NCBI GenBank assembly: GCA_051362555.1
Contig: CM120640.1
Coordinates: forward strand, 51,934,788 to 51,998,787
Direction: 5' to 3'
Length of the DNA: 64,000 nucleotides
Source: Lingula anatina
Lineage: Eukaryota > Animalia > Brachiopoda
The translations under genes and the position numbers were made by a program. Shown in pieces: positions 27,501 to 40,548 of this stretch (positions within the stretch are counted from its first letter, which is position 1; the number at the start of each line of letters is the position of its first letter). A model generated the notes under the pieces. The model was not told where the DNA came from and ran no database searches. It was given only the letters and a program-made list of their open reading frames with translations.

Positions 27501-29019
27501 GGCCTATGGCTTTAGGATAAACTTCTGAGCTATAAGGGAGTTTCATATGATTGTTAACTTGATAACATTTGTCTCTTAGCAGTCACATTAAAATGTATAT
27601 ATGTGCAATTCAACTGAAGTGTAAAAGATTAAAGAACTTCTTAAATTAACATTCTAAATTGCTAAAACATGATAAATCTTATTCTATAGCACTAAGAAGA
27701 GATATGGTGCACTACACTCTTTTACAGTGTGTGGCTTACTATATGCTTGGCATATATTTTTACCCCAGCTCCACCCCTATAGTGCTGAGTTGAGGAGACA
27801 GCAGGTACTGTTTACCTATAAAGGAATGGTATTAGCTGCTATGGCCACAAACAGAGTCCAACTTTTCGTTCTCCCTCAGTGTAATACTGTAACCACAAGG
27901 CTATCTGGTTGCTCCTGAAGCTAAGACCCATGATACAAATGTGTCCAAGTTTGAAGGTACATTTGTTTCATCTGACCTAATTTAGAAGATTGTCAGTACA
28001 CATCTTTGTTTGTCTTGAAAGTGAAGACATGATAAAATCAATCACTGTCAGACTTTGAAAGCATGGTTAAGATCATGTTTATGTATTACATGTAGTGCCA
28101 ATTACTTGTACAATAGCTAAAAGTTTGTTCCATTTTGAAATTGATCTACAAAACAACTAAATTAGCCTAGATGAGAGGTGGTGGGGCCCTTGTTTTTGAG
28201 CCCCTGATAATTCCATTCATAAAGACATGATGCCATTCATTGTAAGCAGAACAAGTGATGCATCAGGAAAAATCATACTTGTCTGAGCCTAAATACCTGT
28301 GTTGGTAACTCTTTGTCTGTAAAATTAATAACTATATGCCTTAGAAATTCTAGATTGTTCATTGTTCATTTATAAACAATTGTGATATTTATATATGTAT
28401 ATATTTCTCACTGTCATCACTCTGTTATATCCTATGTATAATTGATATATTGTTTGTGGGATTGCCATTCTGTCAATGTGTCTGTCTTTTTGTCTGTAAA
28501 TTAAATCATGCAAAGAATCAAGAATGTATTACCATGGTTACTGGCAATACATACTTGATAGGATGTATGGAATTGTGATGCATGCAGTTGTAAATCTTAT
28601 GGAAGTTTTGTGGGCAACTGGGAGTATTCAGTGGTATTGATTTGGTGTTATGTTACTAGACTAGTGCAATTCTGGCTTGTGTCAGATAGCTAGATGCCAA
28701 GCTAATATTCCATTGAGGATAATCCGTCTACCGGTATTTTCAAAAGCTTTTGTTTTGCTGAACACTGTATATATGCAGTCTAGAAAATTTGCTGTTATCC
28801 TAAACCTAATAAGTTTTCATATATTTCAGGGGAAGGAGGTTTGTTTATTACTTTTTAAACTACCTCTTTGCTGCAGTGACTATGGCTCTTACTCGCCTCT
28901 GGTATGAATACTTCATAGCACACAGTATATTTATTGCTTTGGCCACAGTTTTGGTATCGTGGAATGGGGCAAGTTTTTATATGGATGTATTCAGCAAAAA
29001 GGAGGTTCAGGCAGAGTGA
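21584..29019 (+). CDS. GPC1: Glycerophosphocholine acyltransferase 1-like (GPCAT, DUF2838) multi-pass membrane protein
   Basis: Phase-consistent exons: 21584-21609, 22698-22827, 23022-23182, 23507-23578 (WQLFMLDFCYLGN), 24047-24208 (ANGPL..FRNALVFHSLDKMTSVYIHLLP), 26005-26125 (IRWFP), 26769-26893 (SYRYL), 28830-29019 (WNGASFYMDVF, TGA). These motifs are characteristic of yeast/plant Gpc1. The first exon is the least certain. Confidence 0.88.
24831..24997. mobile_element. hAT-like MITE
   Basis: TIR CAGGGGCGGAT / ATCTGCCCCTG. Flanks ATCAAT and ATCAAG form an imperfect 6-bp TSD. Confidence 0.7.
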
Positions 29020-31351
29020 AAACTAGTGAAATGAAGCTAGTAAAGCTATTTATAGCTATCAACCCTGCATTCAATCTGATTCTCTAAACTGTACATTGAT
29101 ATAATACTCAGCTGTAACTAATAGACTCTTGGGTCATGGTTACAAATATTGTTGTTGTATTCTGAATTATTATGGCAGTTGTTGCCACATTTATGCAAGT
29201 TTTAATTGTGACAAGATTTAAATATTCTGAGTCAGTAAAATCAAGGCATAGAAGCATGCCATCATGTGACCTAAATTTCTTAATTTAATTTTTCATTCAA
29301 AATCACGTAGACAATTTTTTTTAGTGAAATGCATGTTGCAAACTTAAAAAATGAATATGCATTTTTCATTATTTTAGAATTTTCTCAGGTGTTCTTAAAC
29401 AGGAAGTTTTTTATTTGAAATTTGATAGAACTGTTGTATATTTTGAAAATGAGTAAAATATTAATATCTTTTTAATTTTTTGGGGGGAATTTCACTTGGA
29501 ATAATTTACAAACCTATGTTGATGCATAATTACTTTAAGTAGCTGAGGGTAGAAGCATACTAAGATGTGTTTTTAGTTCAGTTTATGAATTTGTCAGTTC
29601 TCACACAAAATTTATTGCCAACCTTCTGCTCTATCAATTTCTCTGTGATCTTGATTTAAGTGCATTTTTTCTTTTATTTTTGCACAACAAGTCTGTGTTA
29701 AAAAATTGACTGAAATTTTTATCTGATTTGATTTTCCATAGATATTGCATACTGGCCATATATTATTGTTTTATATAATATTTTTTTGACATTTTATGTA
29801 TTTTTTAGATAAAATTATATCATTTCTTATTTTTGATCTCAAGTTTCAATTTTTCTTTATGATTAAATAATGTGACTGTTAGAAATTTTTCAAAAGAAAA
29901 ATTATGTATTTCTATTTTATTTTGAATACATTATTTTATAGTGAATACATTTTTTCATATTTAGAGGTTAGCAGTATAGGTTAATGCATCCTTAATGTGA
30001 TAGATGAATGGTGCTTCATTTAAATGTGTAGGATTTATTTGTTTCATGAGGTGTTGTGTTGCCTTCTGAAGTGGCATGAATTAAAAATAAGATATTCATT
30101 GAATGATTTGTAGAAAAGGCTTGATGTGTCATTTTTATTGCATTATTGGTGTCTCTTATACTCACCATATCCTGAAAAAGAATTGTGTCATATTTTAAAA
30201 AAGCAGTTCTACTGGATAGAAAATTTATAAATAGTTGTTTCTTTCTTTTACTTTATTTTGAGAAAGAAATAAAAAAGCACTTTTTAAAATTTATCACATC
30301 TTAATATTTTTGACAAAATTTTCACAATGTCAAAACATAAGAAATATATGCCTTCTATTTATGGCAATAAAGTTCCAGCCATATAACTTCATATGATATT
30401 GTGTAAAAGATCAATTAAGGAAACACGTGAGGATTTTAAAATCAACCAGAGATGTAAAGATGTTCTTTTTCCAAAGAGTCAAAGACTACGGGTTTTATGG
30501 CCCAATGGTTCTTATTAGTATTTTATGTCAAACATAATTTCATTTAATGAAATTTATTCATTGACTAGACCATCAGGAGACTAGGTCATTAATTTCTTTG
30601 CCCCCCCCCCCCCTCTATATTCAGAGTCTGCCACCCACATAAGCTCCTAACATAACATAATACAAAACAAGCTGTGACTACTGTGACAGAAACAATTATG
30701 ATGTAAGCAGGCAATTTGTACCACCTGTCATACATGTCTTAATTGATGCTAACTGTAGGAATAGCAAGATTGAGACTTCTGATGGACTGGAAAAATAAGA
30801 AGGTTAAAATGATATTATAATGATTTTTTGTCACATTTGATTGGTTTTGATAGTGTAAACAAAAACAAAATCGGTGAATCTCTACTATATAATACAATGT
30901 AATAATGATTACGCTGTATGTAAACAGTTTGCCTAAAGACCTACAGAGTTGACATTTTTTTGTCAAAATAATTCAAAATGTGATATTTGAAAAACTAGTT
31001 TGTTACATCAAAAGAATCCAACATTCAGTGTTATTTTGCTTGGGTTATAAGTAAAGCTGTAATCTGTTAACCATTTGTGGGCCAGACCAGAAAATCCAAT
31101 TAATGTACTGCCACAGTACTGGTAAATGTGCTAACATGCATACAAAAATTAAGTTACTGTTACCTGTCTAATAAAGCAAATTTTGATACTTGAAAAATGA
31201 GCATGCAGCAATCAGAAATGAAACTTCACTAAATTGTGCCAAGCTTTCATTAAATGTTGCTCTGTCAGTGTAGTACCTTGGTGGTTTTTGATTATTATTA
31301 TTATTATTATTATTATTACAATCTGTCACAGTGTGGCAGTATTTTAGTGCA

Positions 31352-31520
31352 TGTCTCAATAGTCCGAAGGTTCAATAGTCCGAAGGTTCATTGGTCCGAA
31401 AGTTCACTATAGAACCTTCGGACCAATGAACCCTTGATTAAAAAATCGATGAAAATGTTACCACTTTTCGGACCAATGAACCTTCGGACCAATGAACCTT
31501 CGGACTATCGAGACGCCCCC
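31352..31520. mobile_element. Fold-back MITE built from 15-bp subrepeats
   Basis: (AATAGTCCGAAGGTTC)n on the left, inverted (GAACCTTCGGACCAAT)n on the right, with GTCTC/GAGAC termini. Confidence 0.7.
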
Positions 31521-32067
31521 GTCTCAGCCAGAGGTCATACATGTACCAGTACATGCACACGTTATTTTACAATTAAATTCATAACAAACTTCTAGTGTCA
31601 CCTCCTCTCATACATGTACTAAGTGATACAGTGTCAGTGTTCTTGATATAATTTTTATATGATATCCTTTCTGTTTTCAAAGCGGCACCTTATTATAGTA
31701 AGCTAGCTACCTTTACTTGTACCATATATAACACTACGTTTTAATAGTCAAATGTCTTTGAGAACTTAATTTTCCCTGTCACACAAACTCACCTGATAAG
31801 CAATCATAATTTTACTTTAAAGAATAAAAAATTAATTAAATATTTGTTGAATAATTAAATAGGTTTAATAAAAAAAACAGCTAGGATATAATTGCCTCAC
31901 TTCGCTATTGTTTATTAAATATTTCAAATTGTTTTTATTAAAATCAGTTCAAAAGCTTAATAGAATTTATGCTATTTTGCTTTTGTTTTAATATAATTGG
32001 ATGGAAAAGATTGCTTGGCTTGTACAGGTAGACTTGTTATATATAGCGCTGTCTACATTTGGTGCGC

Positions 32068-32136
32068 ATGTCCGCAGATGAGGTCAAGGAACTCCAGCAG
32101 ATGACCTTGTCTGAGGACAACCCATTTAACTCTCCG
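32068..32136 (+). CDS. Candidate alternative first coding exon of the nuclear receptor (MSADEVKELQQMTLSEDNPFNSP)
   Basis: TATA-like TATATATAG ~30 nt upstream, CpG-richer region, ATG at 32068, CCG|GTAAAG donor in phase 0 compatible with the acceptor at 56880. Confidence 0.35.
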
Positions 32137-33070
32137 GTAAAGGAGGCCAGAATGCGATCAATGAGATCGTTCATGAATATTTGTTGTGGCTGGTAATCTT
32201 CGAATATTAACAAGGTAAACGACAAAATACTTGTTTCGTGCAGAAACGAAGAATACCAGGGTTGTTCCAGTAAATACTTAACCGGTTAGAACCATGCCGT
32301 GTGCAGAAGAGTATCACATCCACCTCGGACTATTGTGACCTCGTCCTGGAAAGTTTCTGTCGACTGGTGTAGTGCTGCCTGCTCGGTAGGTATTCTTATG
32401 TTCCTTAAGGTAAGGACCCTGGATGATAGTTTTATCATGGTATTTTATAAAATGTAATAAAGAAAAAAGCACACGCTCGGCAAGGTTCATAAAAAGTGAA
32501 AATACCGTTTCATTTTCATTCGTACAGTACAGAGATATGTGCGGGCTATGCACAGATTGTTTATTTATTTTCAGTCCTTGCTTACGTTTGGGAAAGTTTG
32601 ACATGGCGTGCTGGATTAAGTTAATATGTCTTACACTGCATAAATATCACACACACACATGTACACGAAGGTGGGTAAAAATCTTGTGTCATAATTAGAC
32701 CTACCTTGCAAGGGGGTGCATAAGTAACATAATTTTTGCAATGATGTCCAAACTGGACGAAGAACAAAACTGTTTAAATTATTTCAATCTTCCATAACTT
32801 TTTTAGCATTCATTCACTCATTATAAACTTGGTTCTTTTATTGCAATCATTAAAAATGAAAGCATGTCTTATATGTACATCATTCAGGATCCTCAAATGT
32901 TGTTCATTATGTTAATAAAAGTTTGAGTATCACCCATTACATACACTATACTAGTAGATGTGTTGTTTGGCATTCATCGATATTCCCACACTTTACCACA
33001 TAGTAAAGTGAAGGTCATCCTCAGAAACCCCATTTTCTGGATACTATAGTATCTGCTTCACTGTCTGGAT

Positions 33071-33072
<2 letters not shown>

Positions 33073-33110
<38 letters not shown>
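33073..33110. repeat. (TA)n microsatellite
   Basis: Direct reading. Confidence 0.95.
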
Positions 33111-33111
<1 letters not shown>

Positions 33112-34185
33112 CTGTTAAAAATTAATTTCATTATAACAGCATAACAATTATTCCTTCAAATTATTGATAAAAAATGCATATTGCAAAAAATAAAACTAAT
33201 GAATAAAATTTAAGAAAATGAAAATAAATAATAATAATTATAAATAGAACCATTCCTTGCCCCCAAGTTGATAGAAATGCCATCAAGAAAATTTTAATAT
33301 TGACACTATTGACACTACTGTTTAATTTTTGTAGGTATTTTTCAGATCTCAGCACAGTCTAAACAATAATGGTTACTTTTACTCCCCCCTGATGTCTCTC
33401 TCTGATGAAGGATCTGAGGTTGATGCCCATGCTTTCTGCCTTATTGTGAAGAAAGTTATAAATCTGTATGCCCCTTTTGAAGAAGAGGGGTATATTGCTT
33501 CCATCTGTCCATAACCATACATTGTCGGACCAGTGAATGGAGAGTGATTTGGTCAATGGTATTCATATTCGGTAATGTTCTTCATCACTTGTAGATGGCC
33601 CCAATTGAGTTTGAAGACAGTAGGTCAAAGGTTAAGGTCACATTCACTTTAAACACAAAATTCCTGTGGGACAATTAAATAGAGAGTGATTTGGATTACA
33701 GTCCTTATATTTGGCTGAGAGGTTTGGGGTTTGGTTCAGGGCATCTATATTTGACAAACACTCTTGTTGATCTAAATTGTTATATTGTGGTGCTCAGAGG
33801 CAGTTGCAACATGGCATGGGGTCATTTCCAGTGCTGTCAGTGCTCTGTGACACAAAGCATTAAAAGACCAGGTTAAGGATATTGTATCCCTTTATTATCA
33901 TCCAGATACTGAAAATAAGTTTTTTCCTGCATTTAATTATTCAGTAATTCATATCTTTGTGCTGATTTAAAACAATGAAATAAACCCCCCAAAAATATAA
34001 AATATCAGCATTTATATATTTTGTTGCAATGTAAAAGCATAGGCAACTCAAAGCTTTTATCATCAATTTCACACCTTTCTATTTTGAGGTGAGACAGCAA
34101 TCAGTATGGGGCGTAACTTCATCCCTGAACAAGATTTTATCACGAAAATTGGCAGAGTTGACAAGGAGTGCATAAGTAACAATCC

Positions 34186-34501
34186 CAGACCTACCCAACT
34201 ACCAGACTCTGCACCGAATGATCCTGAATTCACCAGTATTTGGACCACACTACCCGTTTTCAAGGTGTGCGTCAGTACGCATTTTGAAGTATCAGTCATG
34301 ACACCACTCTTGCCTAGTATGCGATGTGATAGCGATGATTCTCAGCAGGGTTGGAAAGAATGGCAACTCATCTCAAAATTTATTCGGGGTATGATACTGT
34401 GAAATGCATACTGACGCATACCTTGAAAATGGGTAGTGTGGTCCGATCTACCGGTGAATTCGGGATCATTCGGTGCCCAGTCTGGTAGTTGGGTAGACCT
34501 G
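34186..34501. mobile_element. MITE with ~100-bp imperfect TIRs
   Basis: CAGACCTACCCAACTACCAGACT...GTCAGTACGCATTT versus AAATGCATACTGAC...AGTCTGGTAGTTGGGTAGACCTG. A truncated copy lies at 63536-63731. Confidence 0.8.
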
Positions 34502-34629
34502 AATTCCCTGCCGTCATTTTGGTTTGGAGTTGTGAGCCCCTAGAAACAGATTTTCATTAAACAAAGGCATTATTTTGCTTTATCAGTGATAAATTCTGAA
34601 CTAAAATTTTAAAGAAATAATCACTGGCA

Positions 34630-34789
34630 AGGTTTTGGAGTATTTAATATTGTCATTAAATCGGTGTTGAAGCGGTGATCATGGGTGCTCAGGTAAAAGA
34701 GAAATTTGAGGTTTTGGAGTATTTAATATTGTCATTAAATCGGTGTTGAAGCGGTGATCATGGGTGCTCAGGTAAAAGAGAAATTTGAG
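34630..34789. repeat. Exact 79-bp tandem duplication
   Basis: AGGTTTTGGAGTATTTAATATTG...GGTAAAAGAGAAATTTG occurs twice back to back. Confidence 0.9.
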
Positions 34790-36309
34790 AAACCGATTTT
34801 TCAGTTTTTACCCAAAAATCACAATTATGACGTCACCCGTAAGATGACATGTGTAAATGTTAATCAATTTAGTCACTGAACACTGAACATTTATTAGTTA
34901 CCCAAAAGAATGTGTTTAAGGCAGTTAATTAATAGTTTTGGGTGAAGGGTAACAATATCCGTAATGAGACAATGAACACATGATTATTCATCAAAAAGTC
35001 AGTGGAACTTTATACAATCATTTGGGTTACAGCAGTATACCTTGTACTTTATCAGGCAAAAACTATAAACAATGAATGCCAACCTTAATACATTACTTTT
35101 AAACCTTCAGGTCAAACTCATGGACATTTCTCAATGACAAGTATATAGAAAAGTATTTCAAACACATACTGATATTTATCCACTTCACATTTGAATAAAG
35201 AATAAATTCAAAATGTGACACTGTTATCAGTAATAAAAATCATACTGTTTTTGATTACTATCATTCTGGCAAGATATCAAGACTATGAAAAGGAAATTGG
35301 TATATCATGATCATCTTAAGGCACATTAAGTAGACTTATGGTCTCTGATGAGGATTCAGTAGCTTTAATGTCTTTTTTCTAAAGGCCTTATTGATTTTCC
35401 CAACCAGTTGACAGCTTTGATAAAGGTACCTGCTAGCCGCAATGTATCAGGCTGCTTTAGGTAGGAGGGATTATTGACTAAGATAATTTTCAGTAGAAGT
35501 TTACTGTAAAAAAAACTCTGACAGATGTCACCAGTTGGCCAGATTTCTTAACATGAGCATAAAGGTTCATAGTAGGGTTCCCTTGGGTTCTGGTTGCTTG
35601 GTGATTTCAGATAGATTCTTGTTATTTAAATTTATGTCACTCTGATTCTGAAGGTGACCTTAAAGCTACCACCAAGTTCAAGTTGCTATCCAAAAGATGG
35701 AAGCCATTCATTTTTAGAAATTGAAGCATTGTGGATAAAAAATGAGATAAATTATTTAAAAAAGCTTTTTTCCCAAATGCTCCCAATGCAGAGCTCATTA
35801 AATGAATAAAGAGGTGCTGAATAATGTTCATCTGAATGACAAACATACCCATAGAAACAGAACTTAAACTGAACATCAGTGCATATCTATGCTTTGTTTT
35901 GTTTTTGTCTGAGTACTAAGAGACCAATTAAAATAATCAAAACAAGAACAAAAAATATTGATAAAATATCTAAAAATAAGAATGCAGTATTCTTACTTGG
36001 TAAGAACTAGTTATCACTGCCCTCCTTTATGGCTGTGAATCATGGAGTCTACAAAGCCATGCAAGGAAGCTGAACCACTTCTACACCATTTGTCATAATT
36101 TTTTTTATTAACATCAATTGGCAAGATGATATTCCAGACACTGAGGTTCTTAGATGTGTTTGCAATTCAGACCATTGGCTCCCTAATAGATTTCTATGGC
36201 TTACTGCATTAAGTGCTCCCAAGGTGATGCCGCAATAATAATAGAATAACAAAAAAAAAAAAAAAAGTTGATAGTAAAGTAAAAAGTAAAATAAAATAAA
36301 ATGTCAAAA

Positions 36310-36590
36310 ATATGCTTTAAACTTCGCTGAAGGTCTTCGACAATAATATGTGGGAGCAGATTGTGCTAGACAGAGGGAAGTGGGAAGCATTTTTACACAA
36401 GGGTACAATTATCTATCAAAAGGAAACAGCAGCAAATTGGCGCAGAAAGACAAGGGAAGAAAATGAGAACAGTTTTCCAACAACAGCCACTATTCCTTGC
36501 CAGAGATCCTCTATTAGAGCAGCCAACTTTGTAATCAACCCTCACCCCAATGAGACTGGATGGCCTTCATCAATTTTTATGAATGAACAA
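36310..36590 (+). mobile_element. Decayed 3' fragment of an RTE-like LINE
   Basis: WEQIVLDRGKWEAFLHKG resembles the W-E-x-x-A-x-D-R-x-x-W motif at the C-terminus of RTE ORF2. Confidence 0.5.
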
Positions 36591-37627
36591 CAAAAACAAG
36601 ATTTCTTAATTACTAGTAAACAATTCTGTAAAAAATGGGTCCTTTAAATCATTTAAATCAAAGTGAATTGATGAGGACTTTAGTCACAGAAAGGATCTTA
36701 TTGTTGATGAGGATGATGTGATACATATTAGAACAGCATTTCTAATTAAAATTCCCCATCAAAGATTGCTCAAAGAACACATTTTTATGTTTGGTATATT
36801 CAATATAAACATTTGATATACATGAACATGTAGCTTTCCACATGATTCTGTGGAGTAAAACACTTCTTTAATGTGTGGAATTACATTGCAGTTGAAAGGA
36901 TCTCTTGTGCAGATGACGGGAGTTTTTATTTTCATGGGTAATGATATGTGAATTGCTCTAGTGTGAATTGAAAATGTGGCATTTGGTTATTTAATTCCCT
37001 TTTCTTGTTTTGGAGAGAAATCAAAAGCAAAAAAATCAACTACTCAATGATGTCATTAGGTTTATCAGCAACAGCCAAGGGACAAGTGGAAATGTTAAAC
37101 AAAGTACAATAATGTAGACAAAAAATAGAAAGATGCTTGTATATAGTATTAAGTATATAGTACTTGGCATAAATATTTGTAATGCTTTGTCCCAAATTGT
37201 TTATCCTTGAAACCACTTTTATTAAAAGTTTAAATTTATTTCACTTCTGATATCTTAATTTATTCCATTGTATTTGCATTGATTAAGTATTGTTGTATTT
37301 CTACAAAATTGTGAAAATTTAATTAAGAGAAAACTAGTTGGATTTCTGATCAGAAGTGGAATCAGTTGAAGAAAGTGAAGATATCAATCCTGATCAAACA
37401 TTGACGCATATTTTTCATTGGATTGATGTGGAACATAGGGGTTACCTGTAAATGGTAGGCATGTTGATCTTTGGGTAGTCATGCTGTACATTTACTTTGA
37501 CAGGATGTATCATACTTTAGATGTGTGGATCTCTGTTCAACTTTTGGAACACTGATGTATTAAACTTCAAAATACAAAAATATATATTCAGACAGGCTGT
37601 TTAAATGTTGATTTGTGTATGAATATT

Positions 37628-37791
37628 CAGGCCCGTAGCTAGCAATTTCAAAAGGGGTTCTTTTTCTGAAAAAGTGGACCTTTTCCCATAAAAACCTCAT
37701 GTACCAAGATCAAATTTTACCCAGAGTAGACCTTTCTCAGCAAAAGGGGCGGTTCTTTCGAACCCCCGAACCCCCCCTGGCTACGGGCCTG
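37628..37791. mobile_element. hAT-like MITE with a 5-bp TSD
   Basis: TIR CAGGCCCGTAGC / GCTACGGGCCTG. ATATT on both sides (37623-37627, 37792-37796). Confidence 0.8.
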
Positions 37792-38569
37792 ATATTGTAT
37801 TGTACAACCAGCTATGTACTTGAGGTACTTTGACTTTAGCCTGGAACTGTCATGTCTTCTGCATTTTGCTAATACAGATCTTTGTTACTGTCCTTTAATT
37901 TGCCTTCACAATATGGAGTTTGCTCATCCATAATTATTTTATTAACAAGAGATTTAAGGGCCAGTCAGTGTATTTTCATAGATGTGATATTTGTCATAAA
38001 ATGCCAGCATTTTTGTGTAATTGCTGGTTTCCTTTAGGTATAAAAGCCACTTTAAGCCTTGGTTAACACAAAAATATATATTTTTAACAAAACTGTTTCT
38101 CTTAGAATTTTTCAGAGAGGGTAGGTTACTGATGTATTTTACACCAATGAAATTTACTGTTGACACCAAGGTTAATTGCAGAACTTAATGTTTCATAATG
38201 CAGTTGCATCCATTGTGAGAAAATGACATAAAAGTAGTTTTTATGATCTCAGGTGACCAGTTATAATGTTCAAAATGCCTACATGCTGTAGCAGCTATGA
38301 AAATGAGTGAGGTTCTATCACAGTGGTATGCTAAACTGAGCTGGTGATTTATACCCTGGTACTTCCGTCTTATATGATAAGTACAGTAGTACGCCTAGAA
38401 AAAAAATTTAAACCAATAGCATGTTAACATTCAAATTTCGACAATTACACCTGATAATTCAACAACATTCTTCTGCTATCGACTGTTATTGAGTTCTAGA
38501 AGATGCTCTACTTTTCCTTTCAGTGGCAGCATCAGTGCATTACCTCCAGGCACGACTCCCGTTGGCAGT

Positions 38570-38834
38570 GTTCTGGCATTTACTGTTGCATTTTTGTACT
38601 CCGAAAAGCTGAACATACTGGGAACATCATAATTTCTTAGTTTTCTCCTTGGTTTTCCACCACACAATTCAGTAAGCACCATTCGGGGTCGAAGTGGTCG
38701 CTGCAGATTCTCTGTGTTTCGACACTACGCTTGAATTTTAAAACTTCTAAGCATTGATCCAAAACAAAATAGTCTGAGGTCTTTTTATTGTATCCTTGAT
38801 TATGGCACCCAGGTGCAACACAAGTTTGCAGCAT
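38570..38834 (-). pseudogene. THAP-domain (C2CH zinc finger) remnant, probably transposon-derived, frameshifted
   Basis: MLQTCVAPGC...RICSDHF in one frame, continuing as RRKLRNYDVPSMF (AVP-box-like) in another. The central Pro/Trp segment is missing. Confidence 0.65.
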
Positions 38835-40548
38835 GTTGTTCTATGACACATCGATTTTTGGTCAACTGTCCACGTATTATCGTAACAACACACTGACAAC
38901 ATGTGCACTCAACAGTCCATATATTAGACACTTATAACCTCACTAGAAACTGACCAATCAGAAAGTTGTCATTTAAGTTGCCCCTTTTCTTACTTCAAAA
39001 GATTTTTTAAAATTTTCTTTGTTGTTAATCTATTGTATTTATTTTGTTAATAAATCATTGAAATCGTGTTTTTAGAGCACAGTAAGACTTCAACCTGATG
39101 CTACAGAGGTAGTTTTTGATGTACTCTGATACTCTGGGCAAGATGAGTCACATTGATGTCAATTTGGTATTTACTGAAAATACATTGTGATTTCAAGTAA
39201 TTTCTGTGTTTTATAAAAATAGATGTCACTTGACATTAGTTTTATGTTACAAATTTTAGGAAATCATCATCAGAGTTCTAAATCATGTGAAGAAACAATG
39301 AGCCGTTAAAGAGAGAGGATGGTTTGATTAAAGAGCACTACCTGATGTTTTAATGACATTCTGTAGGAGTTCATTTGAGTTTTTTTTGGAACTGTTTGGA
39401 TAAAACTTCAAGAGACTTTGACATGTTTAGACAGATTTACATTCACTTCTGTTGTTTTAAACTTGATGAGTGTCTTTCAAGGTAAGTTTGGTATGCTACG
39501 AGTATTAAAAATGCAAATTAGCCTTGTTAAACATTTGTTGGAAATAAGGACATACTGGGTAATTTTGCTGTGACTTTTGTGATTATTTGAGAAAGTGGAA
39601 GCGTGGACCCTACCAAGAGCAATGATTTACCTATACCAAGGCACAGTAATAAGATTTTTGCAGAAATTTTGAAATTTGGAAGCAATTACTTATATTAAAT
39701 AATAAGATTCTTAAAATTTCTGATAAACGGAATTGGAATTCTAGCAGTTGCACCTGGTCAACAGCCAATGGCTAAATTTCAGTGATGGTGTTAATTGTAC
39801 CACCAGCGTTAGCGCTGGCGGTACACATGGTTTCGGTCTCGTCCGGATCGTTCCGCCGGCTCTGCCGGCTCCGCCAGACGGCTACTGTTACCGCTTCTCC
39901 TCCTAGACGGTAAGGGCCCCCGTACCCATCTCTTGGATTTAGGTCACCTATAATCTCAGCTCGTTCCACGTAAAATTTGGGCTTTGCCGGTATTGGGGTC
40001 TGGGTGTGGCACTCATTGCAATGCACCCTTGTCCAAAAATGGCAAAATTAAATGCTAATTATCTACCCTACGGAAGGGGTTATGGGAAAAATTTCTACAG
40101 ACGGCTTTCCAAAAGTCATATGTGTAGATTTCAAATATGCCCTTGGATTTGACCTTTGACCTTTACTTCAAGGTCAAATGGGCCAAAATTTTCAAAAAAA
40201 TAATATTTTTTATGAAAAAAATTTTTTTTGCCCTGTTATTCAGACACCACACAGACTTAACCAATAATATTATTGGAAAGTGTTACCCTTCAGGTCATCT
40301 TTCATCTCCGTGAATTTGGGGTCAATCGGTGCATTTTCACTGGAGTAACGGCCATAAGATGCCGAAACTGAAAACTGTCTCTAATTCGGGAACCGTTAAT
40401 GCTAGAGACCCATACTTTTTTGCATTTTGTAGAGCATGTAAAGCACAACACTGGGAGTGGTCTCCGTTTTTTTGTATTCCAAACGGTTTTCGAGTTACGC
40501 TATCAAAAAGTACATATTGGTGGTGAAAGCAAAATGTGCAGTACGGTA

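Noticed and set aside
32037-32225. Minus-strand 62-aa ORF
   Set aside because: No recognisable motif. It is antisense to the better-supported plus-strand promoter and exon candidate.
36665-36700. Hammerhead-like or C/D-box-like TTGATGAGGACTTTAGTCACAGAAA
   Set aside because: The core C is missing, there are extra bases before GAAA, and there are no flanking helices or terminal stem.
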